A stretch of 64,000 nt of DNA, taken from positions 1,102,322 to 1,166,321 of the forward strand of contig ML992504.1 in NCBI GenBank assembly GCA_010093995.1, given 5' to 3'. The stretch comes from Elsinoe ampelina. Taxonomy: Eukaryota. Shown one piece after another: positions 49,192-61,512 of this stretch. How positions within the stretch are numbered: the first letter of the stretch is position 1; every line of letters starts with the position of its first letter. A program made the translations under genes and the position numbers. The notes under the pieces are model-generated. The model made no database searches and was not told where the DNA came from. It worked only from the letters and a program-made list of their open reading frames with translations.

Positions 49192-52145
49192 ATGGTCCCA
49201 CCCGGACGGCACGATCATGGGAAGACTACGAATCACAAGGACGACCTGCTGAGTATGCATCTGGTCATCCACGCACCTTTGCTTGCTGACTCAAGACAGC
49301 TCTCGCAGACAAACTGCATCAGAGACTGGCTGAAGGTGCCATTGACCAGCCATTATGCGCAAAGATTCGGCATGCACTTGGGAATTTCAATCCTCGACAG
49401 GTCCGCAGTAATATCAATACAGCTGAGTTCGACAAGCAGGGTACCACTCTATGGAATACCGCCACAAGACTCCAGCACAACGACACATCTGACACCGCAA
49501 ATGCGACCAAGGTCCTTCCTCTGCTTCGGTCTTTCGCACTCCTCTTGCTACACACAGCTCATCAAGCCTCTTCGAGAAAGTCGACGACCAGACCCGAAGC
49601 AACCATACGCATATTGCGAACCTCTCTGAAAGCTGCAAAGTCCTGCATCGATAGTAGCGAGCTCGATCTTGCGTCCGAGATACTGCAGCGAGCAGCCGAC
49701 TATGTCGACTTTCTCACCGGAGGTGATCGGCGCAACGAGGAGGAAAGCCATAATCCAATCGACACTGCAGCAGCGGATCTATCTGCTGAATACTGGACAA
49801 TCCGTGCAGCTTTGTCATGGAAGCAAAATCGGCTCGACACTGCCGCTGTCTATCTCGGAAAGGTCAACACTAGAATCAACAAGAATGGCGAAGTGGCAGA
49901 GAAGGTGGCAGATCTCGCTTATGAGATTGGGAAAGACCTGATGAAGGACAAGAAGCATGAGGAGGCAAGTCGATGGCTGGATAAAGCTACAGAGGCGATC
50001 GACACGATTGAGCATGACCAACTATCACAAGAGGCTTTGGAGCTGCGGAGCGCCATCCTGGCTGACCTCGTGCGGAACTTGTTGGCACTCAAAAATGCCG
50101 CATCTTTGAACAGGGCTACGGATGTCCTATCATATCTCGACTCGGACACTTCTTCTGGCTCGAGGCTGGGCATACATCTGCTCAAATTCCAGACCCTGGA
50201 AGCTCGACAATCGAAGGATCCGAATGAGTACAACACTGTGCTACGAAGCATGATACAGACTACAATACTGTCGCAACAGAGCTTCAAGACCATCATGCAT
50301 CATATACAGAAGCTGCATTCCCTCAGCCCTACGATGGCGCAGCAGTCGTTGGAGACACTAATATCGACACGACTGTTTGAACATGGAGAAATGGACATGA
50401 TCGAGAAGGCGACTGTGATGAGGACTTGGAGTGCGGTGCAAGCAGCTTCGGATGGAAGCGCTGCGGAATCACTCAACAAGGTGCTCAATGACATTAGCAG
50501 CTCGATTAGTCAAGTGTTCAGTGAGGAGGCCACGCATGCGGCTCAAACGTTATTATGGAAAGCTATCGAGACAGTATCGGAGGCCAACCAATCCGAAGTC
50601 GCCGAACGATGGTGCAGATTATCGGCTCACAAACTCTTTACCAAAGCGGGCGAATCGAACAAATCGATACTAACCAGGAAGACGATGATCAATGCTCTGA
50701 GCAACAACAAGCCGTCCTATGCTCGGGAGATCTTCTTCCAGATGCCCAAGTCTGGGCAGGAAACACCCGCTTCGCAGTACCTCCTCTACCGCGTGGCACT
50801 TCGAGAAGGCGACAACGAAATCATGCAGGATTGCCTGTCGAAGCTTGTGCAAGCCAAAGACAAAGATACGCTTTACTTGTACGCCTGCGTGCAGGAAGCT
50901 CAAAACCAGGGGAGTAGAGAGCAAGCAATCTCTGCTTTACAACACGTTCTTGAGAAGTTTGGGTGTGATGTACCTTCCGGCGTACACCTGCCGGCCTTGT
51001 TACGGTGCACGATACAAATGATGCTGTTGGAGGCAGAGCAAGATACAGGGAAAGCCGTAGCGGCAGTGAGTCAATGCTGTCAGATGTTCATGGCAGCTGC
51101 AACACACTTCAAGAAGACCGAAGCAGAAGCAACGAGTGGAGAATCCACGGATCTGGAACTAGACTGGTTCGCGAAGAGCAGCTACAACCTTGTATTGAAG
51201 CACTTTGACGACCTGGGACCTGACCTTGTATTGCAGCTGCTCGACGCTTGTGTATCCTTCACGAACCTATCAGCCCAAGCAGCAGATGCAGAAACCAGCA
51301 ACAAGCTTATGAAGCGGGCACTTCTTTGCCACTACCTTTCAGCATCCATTACCGTTGTTCTAGCAAGGTCCGACGACAACATCTCGTCGTCAGAGCAATA
51401 CTATCTATCGGTCCTCAAGCATTGCTCCGCTTTTGTCTCGAAGCTTTCTGATACGACGGGCGTCATTTCAAACCAGGACACCAAGCAGTCTCAACTACTT
51501 CAATACGAAATCGAAGCCTTGCTCAAATTGCACCAATGGTCAGACTTGGACCTGGTCCTTCAGCGATGCATCGATAATCCTTCGACGAATAACATTGATA
51601 CCTTTGCCGATCTGATCATCTCTGTGCACGGTGTCATGATCGAGGAGAAGGCTGACCCGAAGCATCAGCAGATGATACCCAAGGTGATGCAGTCAATCAT
51701 CAATCAATCCTGGCAGAAAGAAAAGCACAATATTTCCAAGCTAGCGAAGTGGCTACGGTGCGTGTTCCGAATGACCATTACCTCTTCGCCGGATACCGCG
51801 CTGAGAATCGTGGAACAAGCGACGTCGATAGCGGACAAGACACCGTTGATGGTGAGTCACTCCTTCATTTGCATCTTCCAACTATCACACCTTGCCATAG
51901 ACTGTGGCACTAACAGAACGTAGGAAAGCCAGCGCTACCCGCCCGAAGAATTGGAATGGCTAGCTAGCACTGCCTTCAACACGGCTGTTGATCGTTTCTG
52001 TGCTTCGGACGAAGATGGGTGCAGGGTGTGGGCAGAGGCGGCATTGAACCTGGCGCAGAAGGCGAGCGGCGTGGGGGCAGGTGGATTGTACACTCAAATG
52101 CAAGGGCTGTGGGGGAGGCTGAGGAGGGAGGGAGGGATGGTGTAG
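49192..52145 (+). CDS. SPO22: Meiotic ZMM TPR protein SPO22/ZIP4; introns ~49253-49299 and ~51852-51923
   Basis: FDKQGTTLWN, TPR-like helices, THAAQTLLWK, LDWFAKSSYNL, LAKWLRCVF and YPPEELEWLASTAFNTAVD. Confidence 0.85.
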
Positions 52146-52736
52146 ACTAAGAGGTGGAGTGGAAATGTAGGATAGCAAGCGTGTGAGGCTGGCAGGGGGT
52201 AGAGGTGAAGAGATAGTGATACTACCAGATCGTGGGCCGCTGATGTCGAATCGAGCATGTTTTCCTTTCGGCATTGGTGTGCAACTGACACCCGGAGTAC
52301 CACCATCGACGGGACCGCATTCAGATCCCGATGCAATTTTCTGCAACACGAGCAACACGACGTGTATTTCTCGAAAGGTCATAACCATGTCATTGATTCC
52401 CACCAGAAAAACCTGTATACTCCCGACCACCCCCTGTGAGCCGACAATAGCCGTCCGCCAAGCTCATACATCCCTCCCGTCTGTCTCGTCCCAATCCCCC
52501 ATCCCCAACCCGATCCTCGATCATCGATCTCCTCGAGCTCCACCAGTATCTCCTCCCTGCATACCATACCCCTTCCGCCCGCTTCCGCCTCTTCCGCCTC
52601 TTCCGCCCCTTCCGCCCCTTCCGCCCCCTTCCGCCCCTCCAGCCCCTCCAGCCCCTGCCATGCCCTCATCCCCTATCCAGCCCGCCTCGTCCCACCGTCC
52701 CACCGCATTATCCCAAAAGTGTGACACAGAGCAGTC

Positions 52737-53435
52737 CTACAATATCGACCTCGCCCTCCAAACCATCTCGACCTCTTCCTCGCTGACGTCAGACCGTTTC
52801 CTGGGCGCCAGCACCGAAGCGACGTCGGCTTGGGCGGCTTCGAGGCTGATGCCGAAGGTGGCGGCTAGGTAGGCGGCGTAGCGGGCGCGGTAGGAGGTTG
52901 TGATTTGGTCTTTGCTCTGGGGGTCTTGAGGGAGGGGTTAGTGTGGTGTTCTGGTAGAGGGGAGGGCGGGAGGGGGGAAAGGTGGGGGTGGGATGGTGGG
53001 ATGGTGGGTTTGGGATGGTGGGTTTGGGATGGTGGGTTTGGGATGGTGGGTTTGGGATGGTGGGTTTGGGATGGTGGGTTTGGGATGGTAGGGCGATGAG
53101 ACTCGAGTGAAGGGGTAGTGAAGGGGGGCAGAGCAGAGGGAAAGAAGGAGGAGTGAGAGGGGCGTACGTGGTTTCGTGCTCGTGCTTGTCATGGTGCCAT
53201 TAAGGGCGATTTCTGGGATGGCAGGGAGGGTTGAGCATGAGGTGGAGGAGCGAGAGAGTGGTGGTTTGGAGGTCGTTCGTGAGCGAGGGGAAGGTATCGA
53301 TTTGGTGGTCGGTGAGGCGAGCATGATTGGCTGTGTGATAGTTGTGGTTGTTGCTGGTAACTGCTGGTAGTTGTGATGGTAGGTCTGGTAGGATCTACGC
53401 GAATGGGATGAAGAGGACGAGGCAGATGGTTGCAA
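52737..53435 (-). CDS. Hypothetical small protein; repeat-filled intron 52925-53167
   Basis: A GTACGC donor, CACTAAC branch and AAG acceptor join in phase to ...YRARYAAYLAATFGISLEAAQADVASVLAPRKRSDVSEEEVEMVWRARSIL*. The start codon is uncertain. Confidence 0.5.
52995..53088. repeat. 14-bp minisatellite (TGGGTTTGGGATGG)n, about 6 copies
   Basis: Direct reading of the tandem units. Confidence 0.9.
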
Positions 53436-54627
53436 TGGCGAAGATTAGAGATTGAAAGCGCATGGGAGGAGGAGGGAAGCGCTGAAGAGAATCGAAGAAA
53501 TGCTGTAGATGAAGACAAAGTAGACGAGTACGAGATGACCCATTTAATACGAAAGAGAAGCAGGGAAGGGGGAATGTGCGTGATATGTACCGCTTTACCG
53601 TGTTTGCGTGTTTCGATGGCCGTGGATATGCGGGATATCGATCTGGAGCTGTCTGAGGCTTTGAAGCGGTGAATGCAAGGTGTGACATGGCATCACGCAC
53701 GCAGGGGAGCAGCTGCATTTGAAAATACCGCAGTGACATTGAAGCTTCATAGTCGATGAAACATCAAGATCCGCATGATAATGTTGGAACGTTCTTTGTT
53801 GATGACCGGACGACGTGAGATCGGTACCAGCAGAAGATGATGACGGGAATGGACAGCTGCCCTGGGTGAGGGAAATGTTTTGAGCGATTTTGGGACAAAA
53901 AAGCCAAAAACGTCCTGGGCCAGCGTGACCTGCATGCGATGCTCGAGCACGGCAGGACGGATATGCAGCCAGCTGATGAGGCTTGAGGTACTTGTCGACA
54001 GGTACACCTGTCGGATCACGAGCTTGATGACAGCTGTAGGTGCATCATCTAGGCGAATCATTGCGGAAAATCGCGCAAGGGCAAACACAAAAGATGGTTC
54101 GGACGGACGTGGCTGTGTCTGGCTAAAATACGATCGTGATTGTTTTGTCCAACTTCATCTTCTGCAATATACATCCGACATTGCACGAATTGGAAGAATC
54201 CCATCTTCACATGTTCATGTCCTTGTGCTACCCACGATCGAAGATGCAGGCGCGACGGGACGGCTAATCAGAGACCCCATCACAGATCAGGTAGGGTCCC
54301 TGGGTCGTACATGGCTGACGGCGGTGCGGAGACATCGCTGGCGCTGAGGCATCAATCCGCCTGACTCTGGCCTTTTTTTTTCCCTCATTCCCATCACAAA
54401 GAACAGGGTCCGCCCGTCGACCATGTCGCCTTCCGTCAATCCTGTACTCTACCTCTCGTCCTACCACCCTCTAGGTCATGTTCGTCGACATTGAACACGG
54501 CGTATCTTTGTATTCTGCTTCCGATCAGGCAACCGATTCGCCCTATCACAAGTCGCACAATGCACGTCGTCCCTGCACCACCAGTCAAGCAACTCTAGTT
54601 TCTGTTGGACCACAACCTCCGTCGAGC

Positions 54628-55818
54628 ATGGGTGATCGATGGTACTTTGCCGGGCTCAACGCCAGTGCGGTGATTAGAACTGGTGATCTGCAGGGTGGAC
54701 GAGCAGATATTCGAAGCCTCACACCAATCCCCGACCTGACCCCGAAATTGGACGAAGAAGTGGATGTCCTCTTTGCCTGTTGGAGTCAAGTCGTCTGTAA
54801 GTAGGGTCCCGCCCATACAGAGTGGCGCATCCACTATTGAGAATGATCTCCCTTCTCATGCGCCATAGTCAGGTCTGAGGATCGGCTTTTACTCCGCGGA
54901 TTCAGGGCAGGAAGTGTGGATGATATCACTGCTTCAAACATCACATCATTGATTGGTGACCACAATGGTATCTCGGGTGCTCTCGATAAGGATGGTAATG
55001 TGTACCTCGCCGACACCCACGCTCTACGTGATGTGGATGCACCCCTGACCCTTCCGCTTGTGTCTCACGAGGACAGCCCACGGTTGGCCAAGGTCTCTGT
55101 GGCTGGCAATTTCCGCGTGGCCGTCGCAATCAGACCAGCACCTGGTGCGACCACAACCCATGTTGAGGAATTTCGCGACCTCGCCAGCTTCCGAAGGTGG
55201 TACAACGACCCCGCCAACCCACAGAACTACCCAGCAAAGCACCACCAGATTGGAGGACGTATCAAGCAGCTCATCTCGAATAGCAAAGTCTTCGTCTGCC
55301 TCACAGAAGCTGGACAGGTCCTCACATGGGGAGACCCTCGACATCATGGCCTGGGAAGGACAACTAGCCAACCTGGAGATGTCCCAGCTGCGCAACCAGG
55401 ACTACTCACCACACTCGACGGTATCAAGATCAGCAAGATCAGTGGTGGAGGACAGATGTTCGCTGCGCTGTCCGAGGACAAGGCCGTCTATATCTGGAGC
55501 GGGGCGGAGCAACGAAGCCAGAGTGGTCTCACCGTCTGTCGGGAGGCTCCAGAGGATCAAATGGCCCTTGTCGACATTCTTGATGAGGAGGATGAGCCGT
55601 ACGACTTTGAAGATGTCGCCGTTGGTCATGGACACATCCTTCTCCGAACCACCGACGGCAAAGTGTATGCAGCTGGGGATAACACGAATGGACAACTAGG
55701 AATCGGGAGCGAGGACACATACAGACCTGACTTTGTCAAGATTGTGTCTGGTGGATGCTCCTCTATCAGAGCTGCCTCGAAGTCCTCAGTCATCAAGGCC
55801 ACGATGCCTCCGAATTGA
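54628..55818 (+). CDS. RCC1/BLIP-II repeat protein; intron ~54798-54868
   Basis: LTEAGQVLTWGD..HGLGR and VAVGHGHILLRTTDGKVYAAGDNTNGQLG are RCC1 repeats. Confidence 0.85.
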
Positions 55819-56297
55819 GCGCCGACACAACACGGCTGAGCGCCGACACAACACGGCATGCCCCATCACGACTTGCACGCTACAACGACGGAATCACGCA
55901 TTGATGGAAGCCTCACGCAAGGATGAATTAGCTTCACGGCCACACTGTATGAGCTAGAACAACATGTATAAATACTTTTCGGACACTACACTGCTTCCTT
56001 ACCATTGTCTCAAGAACAACCGAGGTTAAGCGTGCCTGACGATCGACCACCAGTGCCCCAGATCGACACACCTTTTCTGCTTCAAGCTTCCACGGTCCGC
56101 CTAGGTCCCATAAAAATTGTGGATAGCATGACGTCAACCTTTTGTTTCTTCACATGTCAAATGGGTGGCCGATTGTGTCCGTTGAGAGCCGGCAGCTCCA
56201 GGTTTGCATGGAACGGTAGTTGTGCAGCTATTCTCGTTTCTTCCATCTCAAGCAGCCCTACCACCCTGCAGTTGACCAGTCATAGGTTGTACTAATC

Positions 56298-57873
56298 ATG
56301 AACACCTACAATCCCATTCTGCTGGCCTTTCAGATCTGGCAATGGTTCATAGCAAAACTTCTGGCCCCAAACCCGCCCGTACCAGGCAAGAAGCTTCATA
56401 GGCCTCGCATCGCTGTCATCGGAGCTGGACTCACTGGTGTAGCTTCAGCTTCTCATTGTGTGGGTCACGGCTTCGAGACTGTTATCTTCGAGGCTGGTCC
56501 CAGGGAAAATCTTGGTGGAATATGGAGTGTAAGTGTCGAACTTTCCGACTGCCAAAGCAAGACGGCTGACCAGTCTCCAGCGAGTAAACAACACCTCAGG
56601 CCTTCAGATCCACTCAGTCATGTACCGCTTCTTCCCCACCGTGTTCTGGGACAAAGGCTACCCAAACCGAAAACAGATTGTTGAGCAAGTGACCAAGGTC
56701 TGGAAACAGTATGATCTAGAGCGGCGGACGGTATTCAACACGCGAGTCGAACAAGTCAAGTCCGCTGGTCACGGTCAATGGTACGTCAACGACAAGTCGC
56801 ATGGAAAGTTCGACGGCATTATCGCTGCGATTGGCTCTTGCGGCGACCCGAAGATGCCTCACCTACCACAGCAAGATACATTCCAAGGCGACATCTACCA
56901 CTCATCCGACCTCGACGGCAAGAACGTCCAAGGCAAGCGAGTCCTCATCGTCGGCGGCGGCGCCAGCGCCATCGAAGCCATGGAATTCGTCGCTCAATCC
57001 TCCTGCAAACACGCCACCATCCTCTCCCGGTCCGAGAAGTGGATCATCCCGCGCAACGCCATCGTCGACATGCTGCTCGCGCTTAACATCTTCGGCCAAG
57101 AAACCATCTTCTCCTGGATCCCCGAAGGCCTCCTCCGCCTCTTCTTCTACCGCGACCTCTCCCACATCGCCCCGCCCTCCGGCAGCAAAGGCCCAGGCCT
57201 CTTCACCGAAACCCCCATGGTCAACAACAAAATCCTCTCCCAACTCCGCGACGGCACCGCCACCTGGCTCCGCGGGGACATCATCCGCGTCGAACCCGAC
57301 GGCATCCGCTTCAACCGGCGCGCACAAGGCGTCCCCAAAAACGGTCCGGGGCACGAGACGCTCGAAAAAGCCGACGTGATCATAATGGCAACAGGGTACT
57401 CGCGACCATCCCTGGATTTCCTCCCCAAAGACTGCTTCGACGAGCCATACATGCCGCCGAACTGGTACCTGCAGACGTTTCCGCCGCGTCACATGACGGT
57501 TTGCGCGAACAACTGCACGTACATCAACGCGATCGGGACGGTGGGGAATTTCCACATCGGGATTTACACGAGGATTTTGTTGATGTTTCTCGTGGATCCC
57601 CTGACGAGGCCGACGAGGTATTGGATGGAGAAGTGGATTGATATGACGAGGTTGGTCAAGTCGACGAGTCCGACGGGGGCGTTTGAGTTTTTCACTTATA
57701 GTGAACTGATTTGGTGGTTTGTGTTTTGTGTGGTTATCAATCCGTTTAGGTGGAAGTGGGGGGTGTGGGTGTTGACGGGGTTTGGGATGGGACTGCCGCT
57801 GAAGGTGGTGGAGCAGGAGGATAAGTTGAGGAATGGGATTGGGAGGGATGATAAGGAGACTGCGGTGTTCTGA
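56298..57873 (+). CDS. Flavin-containing monooxygenase (FMO-like); intron 56529-56580
   Basis: FAD motif IAVIGAGLTG, FQGDIYHSS, NADPH motif VLIVGGGASA, and ATGY. Confidence 0.9.
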
Positions 57874-58162
57874 TCAAGGAGGAAGTAGAGAGGGTATGAT
57901 ATTTGCAGACCAGCATTGATCAACAAGGTTCCACGCCCCCCTTGGAAAGAATCTTACCTACCGCGGATCTCACACCGTGTTAGACAAGTCGCCACTACCA
58001 GACCATATTGGACATGCTTCCGTATCGATATGATTAGGCAACTATCTTCGAGGTGATGCCACGTGGATTCTTGAACAGCTTCCAACAATCATGACTCACA
58101 CATGATTGGTATAGAAACTACCCAACGTCGCGTAGTACTGAGTATCAGACTCATCGACCATC

Positions 58163-58501
58163 ATGCGACGACTACAAATCCTCATCGTCGTGTCCTCAGT
58201 CCTAATCGGGATATACACTCTCCTCTGGGCCGTGCAGGTTTACCGCCACGGTAGCTGCATCGTCTTCCGTGCAACTTGTGGAACCTTTGCCGATTGGATG
58301 TTCCCCGGCCTGTATAATGGAGACACAGCTCATCGTACGAGACACTGCGTTCCAGGGGAAGGCTGGAAATTTGAGTACAATTTGACTAGCGACGAGTTGG
58401 CTGAGATGGAGAGTCAGATTTCTCCTAAAATGGTCCTTCCGGATGACGTGTTTTGGGATCCGTCACGGGCAAGGTGGATGCGAGGCGAGGATGTTATGTG
58501 A
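58163..58501 (+). CDS. Possible small membrane-anchored orphan protein (112 aa)
   Basis: N-terminal hydrophobic helix and ATCATG start context; lies next to the copia LTR. Confidence 0.4.
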   Translation: MRRLQILIVVSSVLIGIYTLLWAVQVYRHGSCIVFRATCGTFADWMFPGLYNGDTAHRTRHCVPGEGWKFEYNLTSDELAEMESQISPKMVLPDDVFWDPSRARWMRGEDVM

Positions 58502-58600
58502 TGGACCAAACTCGTTCCTATAGAAGACCTTTGTGTTGTAGGGTCTATGTAGCAAAGGTGGGATGAGGGGGGCTAGACTGGCAGGGATCCCGCTTCGAAC

Positions 58601-61390
58601 TGTCAACCGAGGTATAAGCTAGAGCGCCAAGAAGGACCCTGATTCAGTTCATCCCCTGGTGGAACTGAACACTTATCTACCACTCTACTAATTTATAATC
58701 AAATTAGATAGTTATTGTCTTAATCTGTTACTATTAAGGAGTTCTTTTAATTTAGCTATCTTTTAGTACACTAGGTTAAGTATTTATATAGTTATAATCT
58801 ACCTTATTTTAGTAGTTTAGGTAGTAATTAATCCTTTTTTCTCCCCTATATAAGTTAATAGTTATAAGCCTGGTATAACTACCCCTATATAAGTATATTA
58901 CTTAGTTGCTTTCCTACTCTATTTATTAGTTAATTCTCTACTATTTTACTTTTTAAATATTAGAATCTATTAAGAACTACCTTAACTATAACTATAGGAT
59001 TTAGGTATTAATAAAGGGATAAATAACTATAGATACTAATACCTTAATAGCTAGAATACCTATTATTCTTACTATATTAGCTAAATAGGCTAGCTAGCTA
59101 TATATTATTAAGATAAGAGCGTTAAATACTAAGATATAGAACCTTATTAATCCTTAGAAGGCTAGTAAGCTAGAAGGGCTCTCTAAGCCTTAGAGGCTAG
59201 AGGTAGTAAATACTAACTTCTTAGTACTCTTCTAGATATATAAGAAGAAATAAGTATAATATAATAAATAGTATAAGGCCTTAGCTAATTTAGCTAGCCT
59301 TATTTAGTTATTAATTGTACTATAAGTTCTTACTATTATCTAACTAGAAGGGGATTCTTATCTATAGGCTATCCTTAGGGTATTAAAGAATAGATTTGCT
59401 CTATCTAATATAGCTATTTAGCTTAAGGTTAAAGTACTCTAGAGAAAGTAGCTATTTAGCTCTTCCTTATAGAATATAGACTATTAGCTTTAGTAATAGA
59501 AAGAGGTTATAGATAAGGCTAGGAACTATAATCTACTAGAAGCTTAAGGCTTAAGGCTATAGAGAGACTTCTTACTCTCTATCTTAAAGGCTAAACTAGT
59601 ATTTACTAATAAGTACCTTATTAATCTAGATTTACTAACTCTACTAACTATACTTAAACTAATTACTAAGTTTAGATAGTTTTATAAACTCTATAAGCTA
59701 TATAGTACTATAAAGGCTAGTAAGGGAGCTACGGCCTTCCCTATAGCTACTAAGGATGTTCTTTATAAGAAACCTAGTCTCTCTAGGGAGCCTAAATATA
59801 TATACTAAGGCTAGTATAAGTAGATTAAGTACTATTACTTAAATAAGTATCTAAGGCTAGAAGGATAGATACTAAACTAGTAGACTATAAAGGAGGTTAA
59901 ACAAAGGCTAAATAATAAGACTCTTAAAGAGAGAATTAAGGCTTCTATTACTAAGGAAGTATAACATTAGAAGAAGTTAACTCTACTAGTATTAATTAAC
60001 ACAGCTATTACTATTAGATTACACTTAGCATTTATCTTAGCTACTACTAACATCTCAAACTTATAGATACTAGATTCTAGAGTAACTAATTATATCTATA
60101 ATTATACTATAAAGGACAGATATAAGATTACTAGAATTATAGAACCTTATAAGAAGCTATTCTATAGTAATACCTTACTTAGTATTAAGAGTTANNNNNN
60201 NNNNNNNNNNNNNNNNNNNNNNNNNNNNNNNNNNNNNNNNNNNNNNNNNNNNNNNNNNNNNNNNNNNNNNNNNNNNNNNNNNNNNNNNNNNNNNNNNNNN
60301 NNNNNNNNNNNNNNNNNNNNNNNNNNNNNNNNNNNNNNNNNNNNNNNNNNNNNNNNNNNNNNNNNNNNNNNNNNNNNNNNNNNNNNNNNNNNNNNNNNNN
60401 NNNNNNNNNNNNNNNNNNNNNNNNNNNNNNNNNNNNNNNNNNNNNNNNNNNNNNNNNNNNNNNNNNNNNNNNNNNNNNNNNNNNNNNNNNNNNNNNNNNN
60501 NNNNNNNNNNNNNNNNNNNNNNNNNNNNNNNNNNNNNNNNNNNNNNNNNNNNNNNNNNNNNNNNNNNNNNNNNNNNNNNNNNNNNNNNNNNNNNNNNNNN
60601 NNNNNNNNNNNNNNNNNNNNNNNNNNNNNNNNNNNNNNNNNNNNNNNNNNNNNNNNNNNNNNNNNNNNNNNNNNNNNNNNNNNNNNNNNNNNNNNNNNNN
60701 NNNNNNNNNNNNNNNNNNNNNNNNNNNNNNNNNNNNNNNNNNNNNNNNNNNNNNNNNNNNNNNNNNNNNNNNNNNNNNNNNNNNNNNNNNNNNNNNNNNN
60801 NNNNNNNNNNNNNNNNNNNNNNNNNNNNNNNNNNNNNNNNNNNNNNNNNNNNNNNNNNNNNNNNNNNNNNNNNNCTATACTTAAGCTTAGAATAGTTATA
60901 ATAAAAGGATAGAAGCTATGCTATTAAGAAGAGTAAGAGTAATTACTATCTTTGCTAATCTACTAAGAGAATTATACTCTAAACTATATAGATTAGTAGC
61001 TTATCTAATTAATAGAACACCTCTTAAGAAGCTAGACTAGAAGACTCTTTTTAAGCTAGTTTATAGATACTCTCTATTAGTTACTTATCTTAGGCTACTT
61101 AGATATAAAGCTTATACTTTAGATAAGCTTATTATAAGTAGTAATAAGCTTACACTAAGGGCTTATATTAGCTATCTAGTTAGCTATAACTTAAGTAATA
61201 TCTTTAGGATCTTTATATTAGCCTCTAAGAAGGTTATTAGAACAAGAGATATTAGATTTAATAAAACTTAGTTCTATAAGCTAGAGAAATAACCTTAGCT
61301 AAAACTAATTAGATTACTTAATCTACTAAGGCTCCTATAGAAGGTTAATAAATCTAAAAGGGTATATAAAGTAGAGGGAATAACTAAACT
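58601..61390 (+). mobile_element. RIP-mutated Ty1/copia retrotransposon: 5' LTR 58601-58860, PBS 58861-58870, gag, protease, integrase (assembly gap inside)
   Basis: LTR termini TGTCAAC and GTT(G>A)A(C>T)A, followed by GTTAT(G>A)AGCC. De-RIPped WILDSGxTDHICN (~60064-60102) and AYLINRTP..WKTPFE..HLRPLGCKAY..KLAPRAHIGYLVGYD..RTRDIRFDE (~61000-61265). Protease followed by integrase is the copia order. Confidence 0.85.
60195..60874. other. Assembly gap (N run)
   Basis: Run of n characters. Confidence 1.
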
Positions 61391-61392
61391 AA

Positions 61393-61512
61393 ATCTAGTT
61401 TAGAATCTAGTTTAGTATCTAGTTTAGTATCTAGTTTAGAATCTAGTTTAGTATCTAGTTTAGTATCTAGTTTAGTATTTAGTTTAGAATCTAGTTTAGA
61501 ATCTAGTTTAGT
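61393..61512. repeat. 12-bp tandem repeat ATCTAGTTTAG(A/T), about 10 copies
   Basis: Direct reading; the unit is RIP-degenerate. Confidence 0.9.

Noticed and set aside
52995..53088. Telomere-like G-rich repeat
   Set aside because: The unit is not TTAGGG and lies inside a predicted intron.
61393..61512. Regular repeat array resembling CRISPR
   Set aside because: Eukaryotic context, 12-bp units without unique spacers, embedded in RIP-mutated retroelement sequence.
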